Shown piece by piece: positions 51,288 through 52,136 of a stretch of 52,136 nucleotides of DNA. Location of the stretch: assembly GCA_964409085.1 (NCBI GenBank), contig CAYPCE010000002.1:1-52136 (forward strand), in the 5' to 3' direction. This DNA comes from an uncultured Desulfobacteraceae bacterium (GTDB lineage: Bacteria > Desulfobacterota > Desulfobacteria > Desulfobacterales > JAABSP01). The stretch's first letter is position 1, and every line of letters begins with the position of its first letter. The notes under the pieces are model-generated. The model had not been told where the DNA came from. It ran no database searches and worked only from the letters and a program-made list of their open reading frames with translations. Both the position numbers and the translations under genes were made by a program.

Positions 51288-51605
51288 ATGATCGAGGTAA
51301 CCCCCGAAGCCACGAAGCAGATCTCTGAATATTTCAAAGGCAAAGAGGTCGCGCCCATCCGGATCTTTCTCAACGAAGGCGGATGAGGCGGTCCTTCGCT
51401 GGCCATGGCTCTGGACGAGCCGAAAGACAACGACAAAGAGTTTGACATCGACGGTTTCAAGTACATCGTGGACAAGGAGTTTTTCGAGAAGATTCAACCC
51501 GTCAAGGTGGATTTCACCTATTTCGGGTTCCGGGTGTCGTCGGAAATGGACTTCGGCGCCGGCGCCAGTTGCACCAGTTGCGGCACCACCGGCACGTGCT
51601 GCTGA
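51288..51605 (+). CDS. HesB/IscA-like protein with in-frame UGA (probable selenocysteine at codon 33)
   Basis: ATG 51288 lies 5 nt after AAGGAGG. The frame reads MIEVTPEATKQISEYFKGKEVAPIRIFLNEGG-TGA(51384-51386)-GGPSLAMALDEPKDND... and continues in the same frame into the listed ORF 51405-51605, which has no SD of its own. The TGA aligns with the first conserved Cys of A-type carriers (E. coli IscA ...TSGCSGMAY...). A strong terminator follows the TGA stop at 51605. Confidence 0.7.
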
Positions 51606-51652
51606 TCCGGATCTCCGCCATTTCGGCTGGCGATGCCCTGCACCACACCGAG

Positions 51653-51687
51653 AGCAGCACCCCCCTTCGGGTGCTGCTTTTTTATTT
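51653..51687 (+). terminator. Rho-independent terminator of the HesB-like gene
   Basis: AGCAGCACCC (51653-51662), loop CCCTTC, GGGTGCTGCT (51669-51678), followed by TTTTTATTT. Confidence 0.85.
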
Positions 51688-51757
51688 CGACCCCGGCTCA
51701 TCGTCCGCCTTCGGACGTTTCCACCCGACACCTGCACGCTGAATGAAAGACGCCGAC

Positions 51758-52136
51758 ATGACGCGAATCGATTATCGCATAGACGACGGGGTGGCGGTGG
51801 TCACCCTCAACGACGGGGAAAACCGGTTCAATCCCGATTTCATCGGGGCTTTCCTCGATACGCTGGACGCCATTGAAACCCAAACCGACGCCGCCGCCCT
51901 GGTGACGACCTCGGCCCATGAAAAGATCTTCTCCAACGGCATCGACCTGGAATGGCTCGTGCCGGTGATCCAGCGGGGAGACGGGGCCGCCGCCAAGGAC
52001 TTTTTCTACCGGCTCAACACCCTGCTCCGGCGGACCCTCATGTCTCCCCTGCTGACGGTGGCGGCCATCAGCGGCCACGCTTTCGCCGGCGGCGCCATCT
52101 GGTCCTGCGCCTTCGATTTCCGTTTCATGCGGTCGG
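51758..52136 (+). CDS. Enoyl-CoA hydratase/isomerase (crotonase) family protein, 3' end beyond the window
   Basis: MTRIDYRIDDGVAVVTLNDGENRFN...SNGIDL...AAISGHAFAGGAIWSCAFDFRFM is the crotonase fold signature. The frame is open to the window end. Alternative in-frame ATG at 51743. Confidence 0.8.
   Translation, partial: MTRIDYRIDDGVAVVTLNDGENRFNPDFIGAFLDTLDAIETQTDAAALVTTSAHEKIFSNGIDLEWLVPVIQRGDGAAAKDFFYRLNTLLRRTLMSPLLTVAAISGHAFAGGAIWSCAFDFRFMRS

Noticed and set aside
51384-51440. A definite SECIS element call downstream of the in-frame TGA.
   Set aside because: Hand pairing gives only short, imperfect stems (GUCC/GGAC around a GCCAUGGC palindrome, or UGGCU-CUGGACG-AGCCG). Without a folding or covariance calculation I cannot say that either is a functional SECIS. 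The selenoprotein call rests on frame continuity and the Cys alignment instead.
1-52136. I looked for CRISPR arrays, tRNA or rRNA genes, transposases or IS ends, integrases and prophage blocks.
   Set aside because: By eye I found no regularly spaced direct repeats, no cloverleaf-like or rRNA-like conserved segments in the few intergenic regions longer than 100 nt, and no transposase or integrase motifs in any frame. A covariance-model scan (tRNAscan, Infernal) would be needed to exclude small RNAs formally.

Overview
This is a 52-kb window of high-G+C bacterial chromosome. The gene content (two non-str EF-G paralogues, an MglA-type GTPase, a UGA-containing HesB-like gene, Geobacter/Desulfo-type pilin sequence) fits a Desulfobacterota/delta-proteobacterial anaerobe best; that assignment is inference. 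I support about 45 protein genes, most on the minus strand. I saw no rRNA, tRNA, CRISPR array or transposase. Many long ORFs in the track are antisense or off-frame artefacts of the G+C content. Several true starts lie inside the listed ORFs, and I re-placed them using conserved N-termini, Shine-Dalgarno spacing and stop/start overlaps.

Housekeeping content:
- tamB (5' partial) and a BamA/Omp85 gene.
- A geranylgeranyl-reductase-like flavoprotein plus an SDR.
- HDAC-like deacetylase and a tandem Usp.
- An xseA-xseB-ispA-dxs-tlyA operon.
- A BI-1/YccA protein.
- A pgi-elbB-comEA-comEA-LbH-glmM string.
- azlCD, a DinG-family helicase, an FmdB zinc ribbon, a macro domain and a crotonase (3' partial).

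Observations worth a second look:
1. A five-gene MglA-type GTPase module: Roadblock, MglA, Roadblock, an acidic helical protein and a zinc-ribbon-FHA protein.
2. A full-length Endonuclease-Q-like PHP nuclease fused to a UvrD/PcrA helicase. It is overlapped by, and apparently co-operonic with, a pentapeptide-repeat membrane protein and a secreted double-propeller WD40 protein.
3. A 679-aa secreted protein whose C-terminus is a type IV pilin lacking its prepilin leader.
4. A HesB/IscA-like gene with an in-frame TGA at the conserved Cys, a probable selenoprotein that the ORF track splits.
5. An mtEFG1/spd-type EF-G translationally coupled (TAATG) to a KaiC/RecA-like ATPase, preceded by a terminator-like leader element.
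6. An AT-rich accessory islet: DUF433, an AAA-ATPase/PD-(D/E)XK protein and a PIN-RHH toxin-antitoxin pair.
7. A 95-nt compound inverted repeat.

All family assignments come from reading the translations and recalling family motifs. No database search or folding calculation was run.
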